From a virus (lineage: Duplodnaviria; Caudoviricetes): DNA of 52,616 nt. Both the position numbers and the translations under genes were made by a program. The DNA is taken from IMG/VR virus record IMGVR_UViG_3300048433_000716, positions 1 to 52,616 of that record; one strand, given 5' to 3'. Numbering within the stretch: position 1 is the stretch's first letter; each line of letters starts with the position of its first letter. Of the stretch, positions 1 to 7,864 are shown in pieces. Below the pieces are notes generated by a model. It was not told the origin of the DNA and did no database searches. It saw only the letters and a list, made by a program, of their open reading frames with translations.

Positions 1-25
1 TTTTTCTTAACTATCTTTTTAGCCA

Positions 26-214
26 TTATAAACTCATTTCAAATTGTTCATCTTCATTCAAAATTATATCTACATTTTTTTCAAAGCCTACTTTTTCATT
101 AGCTCTTAGCCTTTTGTATAGTTTTAAGTCCATATTCTTTAAGGTCATCATAGCATCTTCATATTTTTTATCTAATATTTTTTGCTCTTCTTCAGTGATA
201 TCGCTTACTAGCAT
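26..214 (-). CDS. Hypothetical protein upstream of TerS (allele 1)
   Basis: 62-aa ORF with AAGGAG RBS; stop overlaps the TerS start at 26; allele at 51818-52006. Confidence 0.75.
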   Translation of the reverse strand: MLVSDITEEEQKILDKKYEDAMMTLKNMDLKLYKRLRANEKVGFEKNVDIILNEDEQFEMSL

Positions 215-362
215 TTACATTCTCCTTTGGAAGATATACTTCTACATAACAATCACACTTAGGACATGTTAAGTTTGTAACGATAGAGTACTCATCTGTT
301 TCTTCTTCTATGTCATGGTCGCCACCCCATATCAAACTTGTTTCACACCACCAACAATTCAT
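192..362 (-). CDS. Small CxxC...CxxC zinc-ribbon protein (56 aa, not in ORF track)
   Basis: Manual translation MNCWWCETSLIWGGDHD...LTCPKCDCYVEVYLP; frame and cysteines conserved in the second copy. Confidence 0.75.
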   Translation of the reverse strand: MNCWWCETSLIWGGDHDIEEETDEYSIVTNLTCPKCDCYVEVYLPKENVNASKRYH

Positions 363-374
363 GACTTAACCCTC

Positions 375-2144
375 TTATTCATATTCATATTCACTAACCT
401 CTTCATATACCTTTTTCTCATTACTGAACGAAAAGAATGCTTGCCCTATGTGACCATAGATACCTTGCTCTCTAATCTTTCTTGTAATTATCTTAGTTGT
501 ATTATCCTCAAAGTCTCTATGCACCACTAAAGCAGCATCACTCATGTTTGCCCAATGTGCAGAACCACTCACTTGATATAAGTCTGGTGGAGGAACTACT
601 CCACTATCATTCCGCTGCAGCTTGTGAGGGTGAGCTACCATCCAAACCACTATTTGATGGTTTCTAGCAAACTGCTGACATTTAGCAATTATATCCCTTA
701 TATGCTCGTCTTCTCTCTTAGCATAATCTCTGTTAGGGCTAATCTGATTAAATGGGTCTATAACTAATCCCTTAATACCAAACCTTTGCTTAGCTACCTT
801 CGCCTTACTTAATATAAACTCTATGTCTGGGATTTCTTCTGTATTCTCTATAAACTTAAAATGATTGTCCAAGAACTCTATCCCACCATTTAGTTCATCT
901 TGTGTGAGCCTAGCATGTAAACCTATGTCAAAAGGCTTCCTACATCGCTTTTCAAGCAAACGCCTAATATGATTTGGTGTTGAGTGTTCTGGGCTGAATA
1001 TAGCAAAGTTCCAATTCTCTCTTTCAGCTAAATTTAATAACAACTGATCTAGAAAGTTACTTTTACCATGATTTGGTATGCCAGTTATTAGGTTAAATGT
1101 ACTTGGCATAATCTTATATATTTTATCTAACTCTTTGAATCCAGTGCTAAAAGCTTTCTGCTCATTACCATCATAGATATTCTGCACACTATCATGATAC
1201 TCTTTAACGCCATGTAACCCTTGTACTGGAAACTCTTCAGCATACTGTATACATTCTCTTAATACTTGTTTATCATATTTAATTAAACATTCATTGGCAT
1301 CTTTACATTGCCAATCATCTTCACGAGGGAAATTGACAACCTTACAAATGTCTTTACCAAATCTATGTATAATCTCCAATCTCAACGCCTTGCCATTTTC
1401 ATCAGCATCTGTGGCTACGATTACTTCGTCAGCATCAAAAATCCATTTAGAATGATCAAACGCCATAAACCTTTTATCATCAGATTTAAATTTCGCTGCT
1501 TGAGGTGCTCCATCTGGTAAGCTTACAACATTTCTAAAACCAGCTTCATGTAATGCTAATACATCCATTTCACCTTCTACAAATATAACAGACTTGAGCC
1601 CAGTTTCTTCCCAATGTGTCCTTAACATATCTATATTATACAAACACTTAGTGGCATTTTTCTCTTGCAGAAACCTTTTGTCTTTTGTTCTGCTTTTTAT
1701 ATTTACAATATCTCCTTCTAAATAATATGGGAAACATAGCTTCTGATCTTTAGTAAATAGCTTAAAAGCTTCTGCTGTTGCTTTTGATATCTTTCTGTTT
1801 CCTAACCAAATCAAAGAACCTTCTGACAAATTGTGATTCGCATTTGATAGAATTGGTATTGGTGGTGCTACTTCTTTTGGCTCTTCTTCAACAATTTTAG
1901 TATATCTTACTTGTCTTATTGGAAGATTAGTATTTTCCTTAACTCCTCCAGTCCAATCGCAATGGTGACACATCCACAATATTGATTCGTATGTTACTGT
2001 AACTGATAAGCAAGGGTCATGCTTCTTTCTTCTACCTGGCGAGCATTCTGGACATCTAGTTCTGTAGTCGCCTACCCCATAGCTATTTAAGTGTATTCCT
2101 TGTTCCATTGCTTTTTCTGCTAGTGTTTTTTCGTTCTTCATCAT
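375..2144 (-). CDS. DNA primase-helicase (T7 gp4/Twinkle-like)
   Basis: N-terminal CPEC...CHHC zinc finger, TOPRIM motifs EGEMD and DAD, Walker A GIPNHGKS, Walker B LVIDP, VAHP motif. Confidence 0.93.
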   Translation of the reverse strand: MMKNEKTLAEKAMEQGIHLNSYGVGDYRTRCPECSPGRRKKHDPCLSVTVTYESILWMCHHCDWTGGVKENTNLPIRQVRYTKIVEEEPKEVAPPIPILSNANHNLSEGSLIWLGNRKISKATAEAFKLFTKDQKLCFPYYLEGDIVNIKSRTKDKRFLQEKNATKCLYNIDMLRTHWEETGLKSVIFVEGEMDVLALHEAGFRNVVSLPDGAPQAAKFKSDDKRFMAFDHSKWIFDADEVIVATDADENGKALRLEIIHRFGKDICKVVNFPREDDWQCKDANECLIKYDKQVLRECIQYAEEFPVQGLHGVKEYHDSVQNIYDGNEQKAFSTGFKELDKIYKIMPSTFNLITGIPNHGKSNFLDQLLLNLAERENWNFAIFSPEHSTPNHIRRLLEKRCRKPFDIGLHARLTQDELNGGIEFLDNHFKFIENTEEIPDIEFILSKAKVAKQRFGIKGLVIDPFNQISPNRDYAKREDEHIRDIIAKCQQFARNHQIVVWMVAHPHKLQRNDSGVVPPPDLYQVSGSAHWANMSDAALVVHRDFEDNTTKIITRKIREQGIYGHIGQAFFSFSNEKKVYEEVSEYEYE

Positions 2145-2148
2145 TTGT

Positions 2149-2772
2149 TTATCCTACTAATAAGTTTAAGTTTGTTTTTCGTTGTTTAGGTTGCTCTACA
2201 TCATTAAATCGCTTTTGCGATAACCAAGTCTTGGCGTGTGGGATAAATCGATCATCTTTCCCTGCCTGCGACTTAGCAAATGATCTTGTCTTATTTATTA
2301 AGTTTTCAAAAGTAATTTCTTTATTCTTCATAGTTATTTGGAACTTTTGTGAAGCTCCAAACTTATTGTCATTAGGTCTGTTTGGATACTCTTTCCAAAA
2401 CAATTCAAATTCCTTACTATATTCTTTTTTATTATGATAGGTTATTGGTGTCGCATTTTGCATAGGGGGTGGGGTGGCATTTTGCGACTGGGTATCTAAA
2501 TTCAATTTATATATGTTACTAGTTTGTCTGTGATTGTTGTTTTCAGTTAGCTGAAATCTTTTCTCAATATCAATAAAGCTCAGCTCTTTCAAACGCTTAA
2601 GTGACCTAATAACTGTATCTGTACTACATTCACATAGCTCTGCAATCTTCTTATGTGAAGGATAGCAAGTGTTATCAGCATCAGTAAAGTTAGCTAATAT
2701 TATTAATATAAGCTTGTCAGTGCTATTACCTACCTTAACTTCTGACGCCCATTTCAACGCTGACCATGACAT
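2149..2772 (-). CDS. Phage replication initiator, N-terminal winged HTH
   Basis: CYPSHKKIAELCECSTDTVIRSLKRL HTH, low-complexity linker, C-terminal FELFWKEYP...HAKTWLSQKRF domain typical of phage initiators. Confidence 0.8.
   Translation of the reverse strand: MSWSALKWASEVKVGNSTDKLILIILANFTDADNTCYPSHKKIAELCECSTDTVIRSLKRLKELSFIDIEKRFQLTENNNHRQTSNIYKLNLDTQSQNATPPPMQNATPITYHNKKEYSKEFELFWKEYPNRPNDNKFGASQKFQITMKNKEITFENLINKTRSFAKSQAGKDDRFIPHAKTWLSQKRFNDVEQPKQRKTNLNLLVG
2453..2485. repeat. Iteron-like direct repeats GCATTTTGC in the initiator gene (putative ori)
   Basis: GCATTTTGC at 2453-2461 and 2477-2485, next to an AT-rich tract at about 2401-2445. Confidence 0.5.
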
Positions 2773-2781
2773 ATAAGTTCT

Positions 2782-3114
2782 CTACCTCAAAACTTCTGTT
2801 ATCAATATTGGTGGATTGTATGTAGCTAGAATTTTCTTCCTCAGCATATAATCCCTTGTCTTAGTGGCTTTAGACTTTACATCCTCCACAACCACTTCAC
2901 CATCTTTTTTATAGCGAAAGTCTGCAGTATACCTACCTATCTTTACGCCATTACACATCAGATCAAACTTTGGATGTATTTCCAAATCTGATATTTCTTT
3001 GGCTCTAAGAAGGTATTCTAACTCAACAAACCTCTTAAGCTCACGCTTACTATCAAAAACCTCACCCTTGTAAGTTTGCTTGATGGCGTTGTATTTGTTT
3101 CTCGTAAAAGTCAT
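2782..3114 (-). CDS. DUF1064-family PD-(D/E)XK endonuclease
   Basis: RNKYNA, FDSKRE, YTADFRY and VEDVKS motifs; start moved to ATG at 3114. Confidence 0.82.
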   Translation of the reverse strand: MTFTRNKYNAIKQTYKGEVFDSKRELKRFVELEYLLRAKEISDLEIHPKFDLMCNGVKIGRYTADFRYKKDGEVVVEDVKSKATKTRDYMLRKKILATYNPPILITEVLR

Positions 3115-3283
3115 GACCAGTAACCTCATTATTAGTAAAGTCAAAAATAAGTTTAGCTTTATTAAATCGTGGTAGAGTTTCGCCCCTACTCCACTTTTCA
3201 ATATTCCTAAACGACACTCCTATTTCTTCACCAAAGGTTCTGTAGTTGTAGCCATTCCTTCTAATCCATTCTCCTAATTGCAT
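3062..3283 (-). CDS. Cro-like HTH transcriptional regulator
   Basis: 73 aa with HTH pattern FGEEIGVSFRNIEKWSRGETLP, GGAG RBS, first gene of the leftward operon. Confidence 0.8.
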   Translation of the reverse strand: MQLGEWIRRNGYNYRTFGEEIGVSFRNIEKWSRGETLPRFNKAKLIFDFTNNEVTGHDFYEKQIQRHQANLQG

Positions 3284-3350
3284 TAGATTTTCTCCATAAA
3301 AAAATTACACTAATACAGATTTAATTTTATGTAAACTAAAAAAACTTTTT

Positions 3351-3389
3351 AAAAGGGTTTGACAAACCTTTTTTATGGGAGTACAAAAT
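3351..3389 (+). promoter_or_regulatory. Rightward sigma70-type promoter with palindrome over the -35
   Basis: TTGACA at 3359-3364, 17 bp spacer, TACAAA; inverted repeat AAAAGGGTTTG..AAACCTTTT spans the -35. Confidence 0.55.
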
Positions 3390-3395
3390 TAATTA

Positions 3396-3476
3396 TGGGT
3401 TATTGACGAACTCTTCGAGGTACTTAAATAAGTTTCATAACTTATAGGAAGTGAAACAGACTACTGATATAGCCCA
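3396..3476 (+). ncRNA. Structured leader RNA, hammerhead-like candidate
   Basis: Closing stem TGGGTTA/TAGCCCA, core-like TTGACGA and GAAA, hairpins ATAAGTT/AACTTAT and CAG/CTG. Confidence 0.35.
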
Positions 3477-3507
3477 CACATAACGATTAACGAACAAGGA
3501 GAAAAAG

Positions 3508-3708
3508 ATGGCAAAAGGTTACTTAGGTACATATGGAGCAAGAAAGTGCAAAATATGTAAAGGCAATATCGAAATTGTAAATGGATATAGAGATGGTCAC
3601 AATGCTTTGCCTGTGGTTAAAGGTAGATGTTGTAGTGACTGCAACTCAACTGTAGTTATTAAAGCTAGACTAAATCAAATTGAAAAGTTTTTTGAGAAGT
3701 CAGCGTAA
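3508..3708 (+). CDS. Small zinc-finger protein
   Basis: CKIC...GHNALP..GRCCSDCN; AAGGAG RBS. Confidence 0.75.
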   Translation: MAKGYLGTYGARKCKICKGNIEIVNGYRDGHNALPVVKGRCCSDCNSTVVIKARLNQIEKFFEKSA

Positions 3709-4469
3709 TGAAGAGCAACAATCCCTTCGAGGCTCATAACATAGATCATCTGTCACCTAGCAAGATTAACTTGTGGGTGGCAGACCCAGCCCTTTTTATA
3801 GGTACATATCTATGTGGTATGAAAGGTTCTTTTGGTGTAGGTGCATTCAGAGGAACTGCAGTAGAATATGCTTTGGAAAAGAAGCTGAACAAACAAGACT
3901 ATCCACAAAAAGCTATGGATGAGTTTTTGTATGGTAAATTTGATGCAGAGTGTATTGAGCATAATATTTCTATAGAAGACGACAAAGCACAGAAAGAGCG
4001 TAATTCTTTAGAAAGCTACTATAATGTTGCATCAGAAGCATACGAGGACTTTGGTACGCCTACTCATTATCAACAGAAGGTCTACTTTCAACACGAAGAC
4101 TTACCTATACCATTTCTAGGTTATATAGATTTTATGTATGAAAATAGCATTAGAGATTTAAAAACAGTTGGGGCAAGACCATCAAAGTTTACTGAAGCAC
4201 ACCAAAGACAATTAGCAGTATATTCTCACGCTTACCCTGATAAAGAAATGTGGTGTGACTATGTCACCAAAAAAGAAGCTATATCTTTTAAATTACAAAA
4301 CCCAAAAGACAAATTTAAAGAAGTAATTAAGATTTGCTTTGGCTTACAAAAATTCTTAAGTATTAGTAATGATGCTTTTGAACTAGCGTCTATGCTACAT
4401 CCCAACTATGACGATTGGAGATGGAGTGAAGATATGAAACAACAATCAAACAAAATTTGGAGTAACTAA
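3708..4469 (+). CDS. PD-(D/E)XK exonuclease (RecE/Cas4-like recombination nuclease)
   Basis: HLSPS, GYIDF, RDLKT and QLAVY motifs; adjacent to ERF. Confidence 0.85.
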   Translation: MKSNNPFEAHNIDHLSPSKINLWVADPALFIGTYLCGMKGSFGVGAFRGTAVEYALEKKLNKQDYPQKAMDEFLYGKFDAECIEHNISIEDDKAQKERNSLESYYNVASEAYEDFGTPTHYQQKVYFQHEDLPIPFLGYIDFMYENSIRDLKTVGARPSKFTEAHQRQLAVYSHAYPDKEMWCDYVTKKEAISFKLQNPKDKFKEVIKICFGLQKFLSISNDAFELASMLHPNYDDWRWSEDMKQQSNKIWSN

Positions 4470-4471
4470 CA

Positions 4472-5203
4472 ATGAACTACCAATCTGAAAAAACTAATCT
4501 TGTTTTGCAAGCTATAGAAGATGCAAGGCAAGAGTTTTCGCCTTTAGAGAAAAGTGGAGTTAACGCCTTCTTTAAAAATAAAAAGGGTGACCCACACATG
4601 TATAGCACATTAGATAATATATTTGATGCATGTATGCCAGCCTTGCATAAACATAAATTATCTGTGGTGTATCAAGTGCAGATTATGCAAACCACAAACG
4701 CCTTGGAAAATGTACTTACAACTACAATAACTCATTTACCTTCTAATCAGTTTATTACCTCTTGCAGTACTTTGGGCAATCAAAGTGCTAAAAGCCAAGA
4801 TGTAGGTTCAGCTATTACTTATCTTAGAAGATATCAAATACAAGCTATGCTGAACTTAGAAGCTGACTTTGAGGATGATGGTAATTTGGCATCGGGTAAT
4901 AAAGGTGGCGAATCAAACATAATCGATAAAAAAGAAAACAATATTATGCCTAAGCGTAAGTATGTTTTGTTTAATAAGGATGGAAATATTGCTTCATCTG
5001 TATCAGCATTTGGAACTTATCTAGGTGAATTAAATAAAGCGATAACCATGATAAAGGGTAATCACTCTTGTTGTTCTGCGACTATAATTCAGTTGCAAGA
5101 TATTAAATTGTGGGCTGAAGAGCTAGGTGAAAAACATAAAAAAAACGCCACAACCATAATAAAGAAATGTGAACAATATATTAAACTTTTTAAAGGAGAA
5201 TAA
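4472..5203 (+). CDS. erf: ERF-family single-strand annealing protein
   Basis: QDVGSAITYLRRY...EDDGN signature. Confidence 0.88.
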   Translation: MNYQSEKTNLVLQAIEDARQEFSPLEKSGVNAFFKNKKGDPHMYSTLDNIFDACMPALHKHKLSVVYQVQIMQTTNALENVLTTTITHLPSNQFITSCSTLGNQSAKSQDVGSAITYLRRYQIQAMLNLEADFEDDGNLASGNKGGESNIIDKKENNIMPKRKYVLFNKDGNIASSVSAFGTYLGELNKAITMIKGNHSCCSATIIQLQDIKLWAEELGEKHKKNATTIIKKCEQYIKLFKGE

Positions 5204-5204
5204 A

Positions 5205-5615
5205 ATGCAAAAGGATAATACAAATTCTGGAATATTATATAAAAACACTGATGATTGGCAAATTGTACAACAAGGCAAGTTAAACCTTGAGGGTGAAGAG
5301 CACAGAATTATTGGTGTAAAACGTAAAAATAAAGATGGTCAGCCTATGGTTGAGCTTTACAGAGCTATAGGAACTCTGAAGGCAAATGATAGTAAACAGA
5401 CTGATAAATCACCAGACGCTAAAGGTGTAGTTAATAAAATCATGAATAGTGGTGCTATGACTATTTCTGCTTGGAAAGACGTATCTGAGGCAGGGAACGC
5501 CTACACTAGTCTAAAAGCTAGGGAGTTCACTAATAATGAAGATAGCATAGACAATGATCCAACTAGTGAGAAAAATGTACTTTATAACAACAATATAGAA
5601 GATATTGGCTTCTAA
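5205..5615 (+). CDS. Putative single-stranded DNA-binding protein
   Basis: DNTNSGILYKN, PDAKG, ISAWK, acidic tail ending EDIGF; AGGAG RBS before ATG 5205; follows exo-ERF. Confidence 0.6.
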   Translation: MQKDNTNSGILYKNTDDWQIVQQGKLNLEGEEHRIIGVKRKNKDGQPMVELYRAIGTLKANDSKQTDKSPDAKGVVNKIMNSGAMTISAWKDVSEAGNAYTSLKAREFTNNEDSIDNDPTSEKNVLYNNNIEDIGF

Positions 5616-5958
5616 GATGCTAATACCTAAATCTATTAAAATTAAAAACAAAAAGCACCTTATGTTTGTAGCTAAACAAGTATGTTGTCTGAATGGCATA
5701 GCTGCTGATTGGTGTAGGGGCAATGTTCAAGCTCATCATCTTCTGAAGCCATATGAAGGTAAAAGAGGTATGGGTATGAAATCAAGCGACAACAATGCAA
5801 TACCATTATGTTATTATCATCACGCTGAGTTACATGACACTCAAGGTGATGAGGATAATTTTTGGGGCAAGTACGATTTGCACGAAGATTTTGGTAGGGA
5901 TAAGGCTACATATTGGTGGAGTATCTCGCCATATAACCAAGAAAGATTTAAAAAATGA
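5605..5958 (+). CDS. DUF968/Ref-like HNH-type protein
   Basis: CC..., QAHHL, GMGMKSSD, IPLCYYHHAELH. Confidence 0.7.
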   Translation: MASKMLIPKSIKIKNKKHLMFVAKQVCCLNGIAADWCRGNVQAHHLLKPYEGKRGMGMKSSDNNAIPLCYYHHAELHDTQGDEDNFWGKYDLHEDFGRDKATYWWSISPYNQERFKK

Positions 5959-6290
5959 ACGAACAAATAATTTCAGAAAAAGAAGTATCAAAAGCATTAG
6001 ACTATTTAAGAGACTCCGCAGCGGAAGTTGCTAAAGCTAAAGCAGAAAGAATATACTTGGAGGAGTACAGAAAATCACTTAAGGCATTAATAATGAAAGA
6101 CCATTTGGACATATCTGTTTCTGCACAAGAAAGAGAGGCTTATGCCAGTGATGAGTACACAAAACATTTACGAGCAATGCAAATTGCTATAGAAAGAGAT
6201 GAGAAGTTAAGATTTATGAGAATAGCTGCTGAGGCTAAAATTAACGCTTGGCAAACAATGTCAGCTAACTATAGATCAATAAAGTTATAA
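5955..6290 (+). CDS. Conserved helical phage protein
   Basis: 111 aa, coiled-coil character, translationally coupled (ATGA overlap). Confidence 0.75.
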   Translation: MNEQIISEKEVSKALDYLRDSAAEVAKAKAERIYLEEYRKSLKALIMKDHLDISVSAQEREAYASDEYTKHLRAMQIAIERDEKLRFMRIAAEAKINAWQTMSANYRSIKL

Positions 6291-6291
6291 T

Positions 6292-6373
6292 TCCACGCTG
6301 ATCTCTACCTCTGGGCGTGGATAGGGGTAAGTAGGTGGTTTCCTCCAATTCCTTTCTAGCCTACTTACCCTAT
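6292..6373 (+). ncRNA. Two-hairpin sRNA candidate with anti-SD loops
   Basis: Stems TCCACGC/GCGTGGA and TAGGGGTAAGTAGG/CCTACTTACCCTA; loops contain TCTCTACCTC and TTTCCTCCAATTCCTTT; no U-tract. Confidence 0.55.
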
Positions 6374-6393
6374 AATGAAAAAACATTTCTTAA

Positions 6394-6452
6394 GGGTTGA
6401 CATTTGTATCTACAAAAATTATATTAAAAAAATAACGAACAACAAAATGGAG
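6394..6452 (+). promoter_or_regulatory. Early promoter cassette A
   Basis: GGG-TTGACA (6397), 17 bp, TATATT (6420); spacer palindrome TTTGTATCTACAAA; leader AACGAACAACAAAA; GGAG. Confidence 0.8.
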
Positions 6453-6458
6453 ATTAAA

Positions 6459-6806
6459 ATGAGATATTTACAAGTAGAAAGCATTTATGACAAACATGGT
6501 GACAACATTCTTAATAGAAAGAGTGAACACCAAGAGTTAACTTTTAATGTAAATCACTGCAGAGGAACTGCAAAATGTTACCTTATGGAAGACCAAAAAG
6601 AAGATAGGCTTTATATATTATCTACTGGTGCTTGCATCAAATCCCATTACACTGAAGCTGACTACGCTGAGGGTGATAGACTTTCTAAAGAGCTTCCACT
6701 TAATCATGGCGACATAGTCCAAATAGTAGGTCGATTTGGTAAAAAATATAAGGTTCATGTAAATGGCAACTATTCTGACTTAGGTGAACTTATTCCAACA
6801 AACTAA
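6459..6806 (+). CDS. Hypothetical early protein
   Basis: Start moved to ATG 6459 after GGAG; own promoter and terminator. Confidence 0.75.
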   Translation: MRYLQVESIYDKHGDNILNRKSEHQELTFNVNHCRGTAKCYLMEDQKEDRLYILSTGACIKSHYTEADYAEGDRLSKELPLNHGDIVQIVGRFGKKYKVHVNGNYSDLGELIPTN

Positions 6807-6809
6807 AAT

Positions 6810-6834
6810 AAGGGGTTTAATTACCCCTTTTATT
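6810..6834 (+). terminator. Intrinsic terminator
   Basis: AAGGGG-tttaatta-CCCCTT followed by TTATT, directly after the stop codon. Confidence 0.7.
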
Positions 6835-6894
6835 GGGTTGACTTACTAAATTACCTATGCAATAAATAATTAACGATTAACAAAATTAGGAGAA
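6835..6894 (+). promoter_or_regulatory. Early promoter cassette B
   Basis: GGG-TTGACT (6838), weak -10, leader AACGATTAACAAAATTAGGAGA. Confidence 0.6.
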
Positions 6895-6898
6895 TAAA

Positions 6899-7129
6899 AT
6901 GAACGAATTATTACACGATATAAAGGTTTTGGAAAAATTAGAGTACAACCTTAAATCTCATCAATCGCTATATGGCAAGGATAACTACTACATAGCCATG
7001 TCTGTGAAAACTATCAAAAAATCTATCACTGAAAAGAATAAAATTTTAGAGAATTTTGAAAAAGAAAATATGTCATACGCTGACTATGAGGAGCACATGA
7101 AGGGCGTAGGTCTTAACGATGTTGCTTAG
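6899..7129 (+). CDS. Hypothetical early protein
   Basis: 76 aa, AGGAG RBS. Confidence 0.75.
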   Translation: MNELLHDIKVLEKLEYNLKSHQSLYGKDNYYIAMSVKTIKKSITEKNKILENFEKENMSYADYEEHMKGVGLNDVA

Positions 7130-7250
7130 TATCTTAAAATTATTGGGGGTTATAGCTTCAGCTATAGCCACCATGTATTTCTTTTATTATTTATTTTGGT
7201 TTTTGTGCCTAATAGATAATGTTTGTTACAACACTAACTTTGGAGTTTAA
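7119..7250 (+). CDS. Small membrane protein (43 aa, not in ORF track)
   Basis: MLLSILKLLGVIASAIATMYFFYYLFWFLCLIDNVCYNTNFGV; fills the gap between neighbours. Confidence 0.6.
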   Translation: MLLSILKLLGVIASAIATMYFFYYLFWFLCLIDNVCYNTNFGV

Positions 7251-7253
7251 TCA

Positions 7254-7586
7254 ATGAAAAATTATAGAACTGAGCTAATTAAAGGGAGTGCAACCTTTAT
7301 AAAAACAATGGCAAGGAATATAAACGATCATGATATTTTTTCACATATTTCTGATCATTCTAGAAAGATTATAAGATACGCCAACTCTCATAATAAAAAC
7401 TTGTTAAATAAATTTGAAATAAGTGATCTTCTCTATCTAATTGATTCTTTTAGAAGTCATGATGGTTACTATCACGATATGTCAGACGAAAAGTTAGATA
7501 ACCTAGAGGCTAAATTAAAGCTACAAGATAAAGAAGCAAAAGTTACTCAATATGAGAAACAAAAAAGAGAAAACATGTTGGGTTAA
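7254..7586 (+). CDS. Hypothetical protein
   Basis: 110 aa, GGAG RBS. Confidence 0.7.
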   Translation: MKNYRTELIKGSATFIKTMARNINDHDIFSHISDHSRKIIRYANSHNKNLLNKFEISDLLYLIDSFRSHDGYYHDMSDEKLDNLEAKLKLQDKEAKVTQYEKQKRENMLG

Positions 7587-7600
7587 TAGAAAGGTGTAAA

Positions 7601-7864
7601 ATGTATAAAAGATTAGTAACTAAACTATGGCAAGGAAAATACGTTAGCATTAGAGATTATGAGCTAGACAAAGCGATAAAGATGGGTGGTCTGATTATAA
7701 CTCATAATGACAAACAGATGCAGTTAAACGTAGAGGAGCTAAAAGCTCTTAAGCCTAGCCCAAAACCAATACAATCCAAATTCAAAGGAACTTATAAACT
7801 AGTAAATATAACTTTCAAACCTTTAACACACGACCCAATGCAAGGAGATTTTTTGTATGACTAA
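7601..7864 (+). CDS. Hypothetical protein
   Basis: 87 aa, AAGGT RBS. Confidence 0.7.
   Translation: MYKRLVTKLWQGKYVSIRDYELDKAIKMGGLIITHNDKQMQLNVEELKALKPSPKPIQSKFKGTYKLVNITFKPLTHDPMQGDFLYD

Larger units (their letters stand above)
1..669. repeat. Left copy of imperfect terminal redundancy (matches 51793-52616)
   Basis: Base 1 aligns with 51793 and base 669 with 52616; many substitutions and a gene-sized indel between the copies. Confidence 0.95.

Noticed and set aside
3708-4469. Cas4-like nuclease as a CRISPR component
   Set aside because: Context beside ERF and SSB indicates a recombination exonuclease; no array is present.
6292-6373. Hairpins as an ordinary intrinsic terminator or tRNA
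   Set aside because: No U-tract on either strand, long loops and no cloverleaf or T-loop; kept as an sRNA candidate.
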